Source: a bacterium
Lineage (GTDB): Bacteria; UBA8248
NCBI GenBank assembly: GCA_963692865.2
Contig: OY843592.1
Span: 1,152,001 to 1,216,000 of the forward strand
Length of the DNA stretch: 64,000 nt
Reading direction: 5' to 3'
In this document: piece by piece, positions 18,019 through 28,600 of the stretch
Position numbering within the stretch: position 1 is the stretch's first letter
How the letters are laid out: each line of letters begins with the position of its first letter
Position numbers and translations under genes: made by a program
The notes under the pieces: generated by a model
The model's database searches: none
What the model was told of the DNA's origin: nothing
The model's input: only the letters and a program-made list of their open reading frames with translations

Positions 18019-19238
18019 TGGAGGAGCCGCACAGGATACTCGTGGTGGACGACGAGCCCGATCTGGAGCAGCTCGTGCTGCAGCGCATGCGGCGCGAGAT
18101 CCGGCGCGGCCGCTATTCGTTCGTCTTCGCCCGCAACGGGGTGGAGGCGCTCCAGCGTCTGCGCGAGTGCGCCGATAACGGAAAAGAGCGGATCGACATG
18201 GTGCTCACGGACATCAACATGCCGGAGATGGACGGCCTCACGCTGCTCGATCAAATCCCCTCGGTCGACACCAACGTGCGCTCCGTGGTCGTCTCAGCCT
18301 ACGGGGACATGAAGAACATCCGCACGGCGATGAACCGGGGCGCGTTCGACTTCGTCACCAAGCCGATCGATTTCGAGGATTTGCGGATCACCATAGAGCG
18401 GACCCTGGAGCACCTCGCCATGCTGCGCGAGGCTCTCGATGCGCGCGACAGGCTGGTCGCGCTGAGGAGCGACCTCTCCCTGGCCAGCAAGATGCAGCAA
18501 TCGATCCTGCCGACGAAATTCCCCGAAAGCCCCCACTACGAGATATTCGGGGGCATGGAGCCCGCCCGAGACGTGGGGGGCGATTTTTTTGACATCATCG
18601 AATTGGCCGACGGCCGCCTCGCCATGACGGTCGCCGACGTTTCGGGCAAGGGGGTGCCCGCCGCCCTGTTCATGATGTCGAGCCGCACGCTGCTCAACAG
18701 CGTCGCCGTTGCGCGCGCCCATCCGGGCGACGTGCTCGGCGAGGTCAACCGTATGCTCCAGCCCGGCGACGTGCTGAGCGAGGTGAACCGCCTGCTCCAG
18801 GAGAACAACGACGCCGCGATGTTCGTCACCGTCTTCTTCGCCATTTTCGACGCCGCGACCGGCGAGATCATCTACTCGAACGGCGGGCACAATCCCCCCG
18901 TCGTCCTCCATGCCGACGGGTCATCGAGCCTGCTTTCCCAGGATCCGGGGATCGCCCTCGGGATCGCGCCCGAATTCAGCTACGACATATATAAAGCGAC
19001 TATCGCGCTCGGCGACGCCCTCGTTCTCTACACCGACGGCGTGACGGAGGCGGAGAACGAGAAGACCGAGCAGTTCGGCCTCGACCGCCTCCGGGGGATT
19101 CTCGGAGGTTCGCCGCCGGCCTCCGCCCGGGAGATCAACGAGAAAGTTTTCGAGGCGGTCAAGGAGTTCGCGGGCACTGCGCCCCAGTTCGACGACGTCA
19201 CCTGCCTGACCCTTTATCGTCGCGGAGGGGGGGAATGA
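18015..19238 (+). CDS. REC-PP2C (SpoIIE/RsbU/RsbP-like) phosphatase
   Basis: N-terminal REC; VGGDFFD, ADVSGKGVPAA, NGGHNPP, YTDGVTEA, QFDDVT. Confidence 0.93.
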   Translation: MMEEPHRILVVDDEPDLEQLVLQRMRREIRRGRYSFVFARNGVEALQRLRECADNGKERIDMVLTDINMPEMDGLTLLDQIPSVDTNVRSVVVSAYGDMKNIRTAMNRGAFDFVTKPIDFEDLRITIERTLEHLAMLREALDARDRLVALRSDLSLASKMQQSILPTKFPESPHYEIFGGMEPARDVGGDFFDIIELADGRLAMTVADVSGKGVPAALFMMSSRTLLNSVAVARAHPGDVLGEVNRMLQPGDVLSEVNRLLQENNDAAMFVTVFFAIFDAATGEIIYSNGGHNPPVVLHADGSSSLLSQDPGIALGIAPEFSYDIYKATIALGDALVLYTDGVTEAENEKTEQFGLDRLRGILGGSPPASAREINEKVFEAVKEFAGTAPQFDDVTCLTLYRRGGGE

Positions 19239-19654
19239 GCGCGAAACTATCCTTGACGATGAGGTTCGAAGCCTCCGACCTCCCGCAAATCCAATCCGCC
19301 ATCGGGGAGTTCAGCCGGGAGCAGGACTGGCCGCCCGACATCGAATTCCAGGTCGACCTCGTGCTCGAAGAACTGGTGCTCAACGTCGTGCACCACGGCA
19401 GCGACCGCGGAGAGGGTGAAATCACCATCGAAATCTTCTCGGACGCGGACGCGGTGATCATCGAGATCATCGACGACGGCCGGCCGTTCGACCCCCTGAC
19501 CGACGCGCCCGATCCCGACACCGAATCGGCCATCGAAGACCGCCCCGTGGGCGGGCTCGGCATCCATCTGGTGCGGACGATGATGGACGAAGTGGCCTAT
19601 CGGCGGGAGGAGAACAAGAACCACATTCGCCTCGTCAAGCGGAGGAGTGAATGA
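19235..19654 (+). CDS. RsbW-like anti-sigma factor Ser/Thr kinase
   Basis: EELVLNVVHHG (N-box), DDGRPFDP, GGLGIHLVRTMMD. Confidence 0.92.
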   Translation: MSAKLSLTMRFEASDLPQIQSAIGEFSREQDWPPDIEFQVDLVLEELVLNVVHHGSDRGEGEITIEIFSDADAVIIEIIDDGRPFDPLTDAPDPDTESAIEDRPVGGLGIHLVRTMMDEVAYRREENKNHIRLVKRRSE

Positions 19655-20844
19655 GGCTCCCGCTCCGGACCCGCCGGGCGTTTATCCTGCTTGCCGCCGC
19701 GATAATCTGCTCGGCGTCGGAAGCGCGGGCGGCCGCGCCCGGGGTTTCCCCCCGGCGGATTCTTTTCGGCCAGTCCGCCGCTTTCACCGGTCCCGCCAGG
19801 GCGCTGGGCGAGGAGATGCGGCTCGGGGTCGAAGCCGCCTTTCGCGCGGAGAACGCGCGCGGCGGCGTTCACGGGCGCCGGCTCGAACTCACCTCCCTCG
19901 ACGATGCGTATGAACCCGAAGCCGCCATCCTGAACACCCGCCGGTTGATAGAACAGAACAAGGTTTTCGCCCTCATCGGGGCCGTCGGAACGCCCACCTC
20001 GCGCTCGGCCACGCCGGTCGCCGCAAATGCGGGCGTCCCCTACATCGCGCCCTTCACCGGCGCCGCCTTCCTGCGCGACCCCAAATGGAAGAATATCATC
20101 AACCTGCGCGCCTCCTACTTCCAGGAGACCGAGGAGATGGTGAATCGGCTGATCAGGGACTTGGGCGTCAAGAAGATCGCCGTGCTCTACCAGGACGATT
20201 CTTTCGGCTTGGCGGGCTACCGGGGCGTTCGCCGCGCCCTTGAGCGGCGAAACCTGAAACCGGCGGTCACCGGGGTGTATCCGCGGAATACGACGGCGGT
20301 CAAAACGGCCCTGCTCGACATCAGGCGCGCGAAACCCGCAGCGGTGATCCTGGTGGGGGCTTACAAGCCGGTCGCCGCCTTCATCGCCTGGGCGCGCCAT
20401 ACGGGTTTCAATCCGATTTTCGTGACGCTCTCCTTCGTGGGCAGCAATGCGCTCGTGCGTGAGCTCGGCCCCGCCGGGGTCGGAATCTACGTCACCCAGG
20501 TGGTTCCGTTTCCGACGACGGAAAATCTTGAGATCGCAGCGGACTTCAGGCGGGACCTGGAGGCTCACAAGCCCGGCGCGGCCCCCAGCTTCGTCTCCTT
20601 CGAGGGCTACATGGCCGGCAGACTGGCCATCCGCGCCCTCGAGTTGTGCGGGCGCGAGCCCGATCGCGACTGTCTTCTGAAGAGCCTGCGACGCGCGGCC
20701 GCCATCGACCTCGGCGGATTCAAGCTCCGCTACGGCAAGGATGACAACCAGGGCTCGGACGCCGTTTTCCTCACCGTCGTCGGCGAGGGCGGCCGCTACA
20801 TTCCGACCGAAAAAATACGGCGGCCGGAGCAGGAGCAACGATGA
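19651..20844 (+). CDS. Periplasmic binding protein, LivJ/branched-chain type
   Basis: Signal peptide; GQSAAFTGP, GGVHGR, LDDAYEP, GAVGTPT, RASYFQE, YQDDSFG. Confidence 0.9.
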   Translation: MRLPLRTRRAFILLAAAIICSASEARAAAPGVSPRRILFGQSAAFTGPARALGEEMRLGVEAAFRAENARGGVHGRRLELTSLDDAYEPEAAILNTRRLIEQNKVFALIGAVGTPTSRSATPVAANAGVPYIAPFTGAAFLRDPKWKNIINLRASYFQETEEMVNRLIRDLGVKKIAVLYQDDSFGLAGYRGVRRALERRNLKPAVTGVYPRNTTAVKTALLDIRRAKPAAVILVGAYKPVAAFIAWARHTGFNPIFVTLSFVGSNALVRELGPAGVGIYVTQVVPFPTTENLEIAADFRRDLEAHKPGAAPSFVSFEGYMAGRLAIRALELCGREPDRDCLLKSLRRAAAIDLGGFKLRYGKDDNQGSDAVFLTVVGEGGRYIPTEKIRRPEQEQR

Positions 20845-23033
20845 AAGGCGCGCTGAAAAACCTGCTGGACAAGCGTTACAAGATATCGACGCAACTCTAC
20901 CTCAGCATCGGCGCCGCCGCTTCTCTCACCGTCATCGCGAGCGTGGTCGCGTGGGTCTCTTTCGGGTTCGTGGGAGAGGTGCAGAACCGCGTGAACGAGG
21001 GCACCGTCCCGTTCCTGGCGAGCGCCTTTGGAATCGCCCAGGAGAGCACCGCCCTGGTGGCGGCCGCGCCGCGGCTGGCCGCGGTGGTGAATCCCGATAA
21101 TCTGAACCAGATAGCCACCGAGGTCGCCAAGGACCAGGAGGCGTTCGAGACGGCGCTTGCGGCGCTGATTCGCCAGGAAGGGAACGAGGAAATCTCCCTG
21201 CGCATCAAGAAGCTCGGAGAGGTGCTGATAGAGAACCTCAACGCCATCAAACGACTGGTGCTGCAGCGTTTCGACCTCACCGATCTGCGTGATACCCTGC
21301 AACTCCAGCTCACGTGGGTGCGCAAGGAACTGAACAACGTCATGGTTCCCGCCATCGACGATCAGCTGTTCTACGCAATGACGGGCTACGGCAAAATCGG
21401 CAAGGCGTCCGTTCCCCGCGAGAAACACTTCTCCGAAGAGGGAATCAACCTCTACCGCTACATCGCCGGCTTGCGGTCGGACGCCACCATCGCAACGCAG
21501 CTTCTCGCCACCGCCTTCAGCGTGTCGGACGCCGCCCAGCTCGAGCCGTTGCGCGAGCGGTTCGAGGCCACGGCGCGCGGCATCAGGCGGCGTATGAACG
21601 CGCTCGGGAAGGTTCCGGTGCGCGCGGCTCTCGAACCTCTCTTCGAACAGATGATCGAGCTGAGCATCGGGGAGGAGGGGGGGTTCAGCCTGCGCGCGCG
21701 CGAACTGGCGCTCGAGAGGAAACAGGGCGAGTTGCTCGCGTTTCACGAATCTCAGGAAGCGAAGATCCTGGCCGCCACGCAAACGCTGGTGAGCACGGCC
21801 CGCATGAGCGCGAAGCAGGCCACCCAGGACTCCGCCCAGGCCATCAGCATGGGCGGCAACATCCTGCTCGCGCTGAGCGCCATCAGCTTCGTCGGCGCCG
21901 TGCTGATCGGGTGGTTGTTCATCGGCCGCGTGCTGTCGCGCCGGCTCGGGCGGCTCTCGGACCGCATGCGCCGCATGGCCGACGGCGACCTGGAGGAGAG
22001 GGTCGACATCGGCGGTCAGGACGAAGTGGCGGAAATGGCGGCGGCGCTGGAGATATTCCGCCGCCACGCCCTGGAGGTGCAGCGCTTGAACCTCGTGGAG
22101 AAACTCGCCGAGGAGATCAAGGCGAAGAACGAAGAGCTCGAGACCACGCTGGGCGACCTGGAGAAGGCGCAGGATCAGATCGTCATGCGCGAGAAACTCG
22201 CGGCGCTCGGCGAACTGACGGCGGGCGTCGCCCACGAGATCAGAAATCCGCTGAACTTCATCAAGAACTTCTCGGAAGTTTCCGAAGAGTTGATGGAGGA
22301 GTTGATGGAAGAGCTGGAGAAGGCGCTGGATCACGGCGGCAACGGACAGGAAAACGGACAAGGAGCGAAGGAAGAGGAGAAAAAACAGGACGAGGAGGAG
22401 GATCCGGTCGAGCTCATCAACGAAATCGGAGAGGACCTGACTGGCAATCTCCAGCGCATCCGCGAGCACGGGGAGCGGGCCAACAGCATCGTGGAGAGCA
22501 TGCTCCAGATGGGCAGGGGGTCGGGCGAAGCGCAGCCGACCAACATCAATACCCTGCTCGATGAACACACGCGCCTCGCCTATCACAGCGCCCGGGCGGC
22601 CGACCCGAACTTCAACCTCACGATCGATTGGGATCTGGACCCGGACATGGTGGAATGCGAAGTCATTCCGCAGGATTTGGGGCGCGTCTTCCTGAACATG
22701 GTGAGCAACGCCTGCTACGCCACCGACGAGAAGCGAAAAAATCTCACCGCCTCGGCAGGTGAAGATGAACCGCGCTACGACCCCACCCTGAAACTCGCTA
22801 CGAGATGCGGCCCGGACGGCATCGAGGTGCGCATTCGCGATAACGGTAGCGGTATGCCGCCCGAAGTCGCCGAGAAGATATTCAACCCATTCTTCACGAC
22901 AAAGCCGACGGACAAGGGCACCGGGCTCGGCCTCTCGCTCTCCAGCGACATCATTCGTCAGCACGGGGGAAACATACGGGTCGAAACCGAGCCGGACGAA
23001 TTCACGGAGATGGTCATCGAGTTGCCGCGATGA
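20841..23033 (+). CDS. Membrane sensor histidine kinase with large helical (TorS-like) periplasmic domain, HAMP, HisKA, HATPase
   Basis: Two TM helices, HAMP (MADGDLE...DEVAEMA), [33 protein letters not shown]. Confidence 0.92.
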   Translation: MKGALKNLLDKRYKISTQLYLSIGAAASLTVIASVVAWVSFGFVGEVQNRVNEGTVPFLASAFGIAQESTALVAAAPRLAAVVNPDNLNQIATEVAKDQEAFETALAALIRQEGNEEISLRIKKLGEVLIENLNAIKRLVLQRFDLTDLRDTLQLQLTWVRKELNNVMVPAIDDQLFYAMTGYGKIGKASVPREKHFSEEGINLYRYIAGLRSDATIATQLLATAFSVSDAAQLEPLRERFEATARGIRRRMNALGKVPVRAALEPLFEQMIELSIGEEGGFSLRARELALERKQGELLAFHESQEAKILAATQTLVSTARMSAKQATQDSAQAISMGGNILLALSAISFVGAVLIGWLFIGRVLSRRLGRLSDRMRRMADGDLEERVDIGGQDEVAEMAAALEIFRRHALEVQRLNLVEKLAEEIKAKNEELETTLGDLEKAQDQIVMREKLAALGELTAGVAHEIRNPLNFIKNFSEVSEELMEELMEELEKALDHGGNGQENGQGAKEEEKKQDEEEDPVELINEIGEDLTGNLQRIREHGERANSIVESMLQMGRGSGEAQPTNINTLLDEHTRLAYHSARAADPNFNLTIDWDLDPDMVECEVIPQDLGRVFLNMVSNACYATDEKRKNLTASAGEDEPRYDPTLKLATRCGPDGIEVRIRDNGSGMPPEVAEKIFNPFFTTKPTDKGTGLGLSLSSDIIRQHGGNIRVETEPDEFTEMVIELPR

Positions 23034-23137
23034 GCGGCCTCGGCCGCCCGCTCAGGATATCCGGGAAAATTTCGGGAGAGATGAAGGATTGCAGGGCGGC
23101 GCGCGAAGGCGACGAAGAAGGCTTTGCTTTCGACCCG

Positions 23138-23476
23138 TCAGCCTGCGGTCGCGGCGAGCGCCTCCGCCTTCGAGCCGTGGATCTGTATGATTCGGTCGAA
23201 ACCGGATATCTCGAAAACCTCGCGCGTCAGTTCACCGAGCGCGTACAGTGCGAACATCGTATTGTTTTGGCTGAGTTGCTTGGCGACCAGCAGGACGGCG
23301 CGGAGGCCGGCGCTGCTGATATACGAGACACCCTCGAAATTGACGATGACGGCGCGGTCGCCGTCGCTGATGACGTTCTTTATCGTACTTTCGAATTCAG
23401 GAGCGGTGGCGCCGTCGATGCGGCCATCAACCTGCACGACCAAGGTACCGTTTTCCTGCTCAGTCTTGATTTCCAT
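23138..23476 (-). CDS. STAS-domain anti-sigma factor antagonist (RsbV/SpoIIAA-like)
   Basis: GRID, VSYISSAGLR (phosphoacceptor Ser), VFEISGF; start at MEIKTE. Confidence 0.92.
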   Translation of the reverse strand: MEIKTEQENGTLVVQVDGRIDGATAPEFESTIKNVISDGDRAVIVNFEGVSYISSAGLRAVLLVAKQLSQNNTMFALYALGELTREVFEISGFDRIIQIHGSKAEALAATAG

Positions 23477-23950
23477 GCCCGGCTCTGCCTCCCACAACGG
23501 CCTGAGATATTTTCCGTTATCGGCCCGATACCACGAGAGTGTACGCCCAGGCCGTAAATTTACTCCGCCTAGCGTAATACATTATATCACACGAATGCAA
23601 CGACATTCCCCGCGTTCGCGCAAAAACAACGTAGTCATAATGACCACTTCTTCGAGAAAGACGCTAGCCAGCATATACAATTTCTCCCCTTTTGGCAACT
23701 TATGGGGTCGTTTTCGGTTCAATATCATTTTTACCGCCCCGCGCAGGAAGTTCCTGACGGCCCGGTCAGTTTGCTCCCATTTCGTTGACAATCTGCCGGG
23801 AATCAGTGAAACTTGGCGAAATGCGACACGACGAATGACGAGGTTTTCCGTTGCGCTAGGTTTGCTCCTTGGGGCGGGACGGGACGCTCGGGCAGGCCTC
23901 TCCATATTCTGCCCAGGTCATTTTTTTGTTCTACCCCTGTACAAGGAGGC

Positions 23951-25408
23951 ATGATGAATCTCTCGGCAGAAGCAACAAAAGGGGCTGGTGACGACGGCCT
24001 GCGGATGACGTCCGACGCGATGCTGGAGCTCGCGCGCCGGGCGGCGGAACTCCTCGTGGAGCGCACCGAGGGCCTCAGCGAAGGAGGCGCCTGGGACGGG
24101 GATTTCCAGCAGGAGCTCGAAAAACAACTCATGGAGGCGCCGCCCGAAGAGGGACGTTCGGCGAAGGAGGTATTGGAGCGCGCCGCGCGTGATATTCTCC
24201 CTTATTCGTTGCGTCTGGACCATCCCCGCTCCCTCGCGTTCGTCTCGGCCTCGCCCACCTGGCCGGGGGTGCTGGCCGACTTCATGGCTGCCGGCTACGC
24301 CATCAACCAATGCACCTGGCTGGTCGCGAGCGGCCCGAGCCAGCTCGAACTGGTGGTCATCGACTGGTTCCGGCGCTGGGTCGGTTATCCCGACGGCGCG
24401 GGCGGTCTTTTCACGAGCGGGGGATCGGCGGCGAGCCTGGACGCGTTCGTCGCGGCGCGCGAGGCGGCGGGTCATCCCGATCGCGCGAGCGTCTACATGA
24501 GCGACCAGAGCCACAGCGCGCACGTCCGCGCGGCGCGCATCATCGGGGTTCGCCCCGAGCGCATCCGGTTGCTCCCGTGCGATGAACGCTTCCGGCTGGA
24601 TATGGAAGCGCTCGCTCGCGCCGTGAATGAGGATCGCGCGGCGGGGCTTCACCCCATAGCGGTCTGCGCCAACGCCGGAGCGGTCAGCACCGGGGCCATC
24701 GACCCGCTCGAAGAGATGGCGGATTTCTGCGAGGCGCAAGGAATCTGGCTGCACGTCGACGCCGCCTACGGCGGTTTCGCGGCCGTGACCGAGCGGGGCA
24801 GGGAACTCCTCACAGGCATGGAGCGCGCCGATTCGATAGGGATGGACGCGCACAAATGGTTCTTCCAGCCCTACGAGGCGGGCGCCCTGCTCGTCAAGGA
24901 CGTCAGCACGCTCGAACGCGCCTTCGCGGTGCGCCACGACATTCTCCAGGACACGATATGGGGCGCGAACCACCCGAACTTCTCGGACCGCGGCCTGCAG
25001 CTGAGCCGCTCGTTCCGTGCGCTCAAGGTCTGGATGTCGGTGCAGACCTTCGGGATGGGCGCGTTCCGGCGGGCCGTCTCGAAGGGGATGGAACTGGCCG
25101 ACCGGGCCGAGGAATACGTTCGCGAGAGTCCGGTTCTGGAGATGCTTACGCCCGTCTCGCTGGGGATCGTGTGCTTCCGGGTCAATCCGGCGGACGCAGG
25201 CCTCGACGAGAGAGCGATCGAGGATCTCAACAAAACGATGCTCGCCCGCGTCTTCTGGGACGACAAGGCGTTCATCTCCTCGACGCTTCTCAAGGGAAAG
25301 TTCGCGCTGCGCTTTTGCATCATCAACCACACGACGACCTGGGACGACGTGCGCGAGACGCTCGAGACCATCGAGCGCTTCGGCAAAGAAGCGCTGGGTA
25401 CGGGTTGA
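23951..25408 (+). CDS. PLP-dependent group II (aromatic-L-amino-acid-type) decarboxylase
   Basis: AGGAGG RBS; HP, TSGGS, SDQSHS, TGAIDPL, WLHVDAAYGG, DAHKW (PLP Lys), LSRSFRALKVW. Confidence 0.9.
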   Translation: MMNLSAEATKGAGDDGLRMTSDAMLELARRAAELLVERTEGLSEGGAWDGDFQQELEKQLMEAPPEEGRSAKEVLERAARDILPYSLRLDHPRSLAFVSASPTWPGVLADFMAAGYAINQCTWLVASGPSQLELVVIDWFRRWVGYPDGAGGLFTSGGSAASLDAFVAAREAAGHPDRASVYMSDQSHSAHVRAARIIGVRPERIRLLPCDERFRLDMEALARAVNEDRAAGLHPIAVCANAGAVSTGAIDPLEEMADFCEAQGIWLHVDAAYGGFAAVTERGRELLTGMERADSIGMDAHKWFFQPYEAGALLVKDVSTLERAFAVRHDILQDTIWGANHPNFSDRGLQLSRSFRALKVWMSVQTFGMGAFRRAVSKGMELADRAEEYVRESPVLEMLTPVSLGIVCFRVNPADAGLDERAIEDLNKTMLARVFWDDKAFISSTLLKGKFALRFCIINHTTTWDDVRETLETIERFGKEALGTG

Positions 25409-25615
25409 TGGCCTCGGCGCCCACCCGGGCCCGATCTCCCCGCATCCCCCTCGCAGCCCACTTCAAAAAACTTGCCTCCACGCGCTCTCTGGCGTAATCT
25501 GAACGTATTCGAGTTTCTTGCGACGCTATCACGCTCGCTTTTCCGCTTCCGGAAAGGAAGCGGCGTTTCCCGCTCCCGCCCCGATGAAGCGGGATTCGGC
25601 TCAGGAGGCCCCACG

Positions 25616-28600
25616 ATGAGATTTCCGAGACGAATGGTTTTGACCGCACTCATCCTTTCGCTGGCCGGCGTCCTGTCCGGCGCGCTCGCCGCCTTCGCGC
25701 AGGATTGCCCGCGCCCGTCGGGCGTCGCCCCGAACTCGCTCGAAACCCCGGACGTTACGGCCGCGCAGGCGGCGGCGAACCCCACGGCCGCGAACCTCAA
25801 GGCCTTCGCCCTGGCGGGGAAAGACCTGATAGCGAGTTCCAGGACGTTTCCTGCGAATTCATACGTTTTGTGTCTTTTCAAGAATCATTCGAACTGGAAT
25901 TCCGGCTCCATCTACGTCACGGGCCTGACTCCGGACGGGAGACTGCTCTTTCACCCGAACAATGCGAATCTCGGGGGCAGGCGGCTCAACCCCGCCCTTT
26001 GGGGACAGATCGCCGGCGCGGCCGGTTTGACTCCAAGGGGTTTCAGCAATCCGGACGGCGGCGCTTTGCCGGGAGGCGGGCATGCGGTCGGTTATATAGA
26101 CGGTCTTTCCAACTTCCCGCACATCGTGGTGGCCGGCCTCGATATCCAGGAATCCAGCCTAGTGAAGGAAGTCCTCGACCCGGGCGCCATCCCGGCCGTA
26201 ACGGCCAGGGACGTGGTGGACCGCGCGACGCTCGAGGCCTTCGTGAACGGGGCGAGGACTTTCATGGGAAACTTCTTCCGTGACCGCGGCAACACCTTTT
26301 CAAAACTGAGGAGCGTCTTCAGGACCGAGCATTGGAGGCACGGCGAAATCTACCTGTTCCTGATGGATGAAAGCGGCTACACGTTCTTTCACGGGGGGGA
26401 TCCGGGGCGATACGAACTCGCCACCCCCACGGACACCTTGCGGGACGTCGTCACCGGCAAGCTCATTCTGCCGCAGATCATCGAGGCGGCGAAGAAACCC
26501 GGCGGCGGCTTCGTGCAGTACTATTTCGACAACCCCGACGACGACACGGACAGCGCCGACGTGCCGAAGGTGACCTTCGCCCGCAGTCTCAGGAATGAAG
26601 TTACTGGAAATTCATTCATCATCGGCGCGGGGATCTACAGGGACCCGGGCGCGGTGTCCGAGGCCGTCTGCCCGCGCCCGGCGGGCGTGGCGGTGAATAC
26701 GCTGGAGACCCCGGACGTTACGGCCGCGCAGGCGGCGGCGAACCCCACGGCCGCGAACCTCAAGGCCTTCGCCCTGGCGGGGAAACGGTATCTGGCGAGC
26801 GTTCGTCCGGGGCCGGAATTGGTGTACAGCGGGTGCCTCCTCAGGAATGAGGGCCCCTGGAAGGCAGGCTCCAACTACGTCGTCACCATGACCACCGACG
26901 GCAGGGTGCTCTTGCACTCGGGCAATATGGCCTTGAGCGGCAAGCCGCTCAAGGCCGCCGTCTGGAGGGCGATAGCCGCCGCGACCGGCGCGGCCGCCCT
27001 GGGAACGACGGGCGCCTTCGGGAAACCGGACGGAGGCGCCCTGCCGGCGGAGGTCGGCGGCGGCTACGCCGTCGGCTTCAAGCGCACCCAGGGAGGCGCC
27101 ACGTTCATCCTGGTCGCCGGCCTCGACATCGGGAAATCCGACCTCGCGCCGGAAACCGTCGACCCCGGCAATCCGCCGATCCGGGCCGATCAGGTGGTGG
27201 ACCGCGCGACGCTCAAGACCTTCGTGAAAGGAGCGAAGGACTACGTCCTCCAGCTCTACAGGACCGAAGGCCGCAGCGCCTTTTCGAAGGCGAAGAGCGT
27301 CCTCCGGGACCCGAAAGGCCCCTGGCGGAGCGGTCCCGTCTATCTCTTCATCATGGAGCCCACCGGCTACACGATCTTCCACGGGGCGTTTCCGGACAAG
27401 TACGAACTCCAGACCCCGACGGCCACCCTCAGGGATCAGGTCACCGGCGATCTCATCCTGCCGCAGATCATCAATGCGGCGAAGAAACCCGACGGCGGCT
27501 TCGTGAAGTATTATTTCGACAACCCCGACGACGACACCGACAGCGCCACGGTCCCCAAGGTGACCTATGCGGTCCGGCACGTCATTCGTGCTACGCGGGC
27601 GGACGGCAGCACGTTCGAATACCCGCTCATCTTCGGCGCGGGGATCTACGGCGATCCGGACACGGTGTCCGAGGACGCCTGCCCGCGCCCGCCGGGCGTC
27701 GCGAAGAACCCGCTGGAGACCCCAAGCGTCACGGCCGCCCAGGCGGCGGAGAGCGCGGAGAACCTGAAGGCCTTCGCCCTGGCGGGGAAACGGTATCTGG
27801 CGAGCGTCCGCGTGGGGCCGGAATTGACGTACAGCAGGTGCCTCTTCAGGCATGAGGGGCCCTGGAAGACCGGCGCCACCTACGCCGCCACCATTTCCCT
27901 CGACGGCAGGGTGATCTTTCACTCGGGCAATATGGCCTTGAGCGGCAGGCCGCTCAAGCCCGCCGTCCGGGGGGCGATAGCCGCCGCGACCGGCGCGGCC
28001 GCCCTGGGAACGACGGGCGCCTTCGGGAAGCCGGACGGCGGCGCCCTGCCCGGCGGCGGCTACGCCGTCGGCTTCAAGCGCACCGTCGGAGGCGGCACGG
28101 GAATCCTGGTCGCCGGCCTGGACATCAGGGAATCACAACACCTCGCGCCGGAAACCGTCGACCCCGGCGATCCGCCGATCCGGGCCGACCAGGTGGTGGA
28201 CCGCGCGACGCTCAAGACCTTCGTGAACGGAGCGAAGGACTACGTCCTCCAGCTCTACAGGACCGAAGGCCACAGCGCCTTCACGAAGGCGAAGAGCGTC
28301 CTCCGGGACCCGAACGGACCTTGGAGACACGGCCCCGTCTACCTCTTCATAATGGAGCCCACCGGCTACACGCTCTTCCACGGGGCGTTCCCGGACAAGT
28401 ACGAGCTCCAGGCCCCCACGAATACCCTGCGGGACGCCGTCACCGGCAAGCTCATCCTGCCGCAGATCATCCAGGCGGCGACCGCCAACCCCGACGGCGG
28501 CTTCGTGAAGTATTATTTCGACAACCCGGACGACGACACGGACAACGCCACGGTCCCCAAGGTGACCTATGCGGTCCGGCACGTCATTCGGGGGCAGAGG

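Noticed and set aside
20796-22964. 722-aa minus-strand ORF, and similar long ORFs at 11281-12789 (+), 28133-30274 (-), 54306-56702 (-), 3505-4662 (-)
   Set aside because: Antisense shadows of well-supported genes in high-GC DNA, with no recognisable motifs
23582-23950. Small ORFs and N-terminal extensions between the STAS gene and the decarboxylase
   Set aside because: AT-richer divergent promoter region; the strong RBS at ~23944 supports the 23951 start
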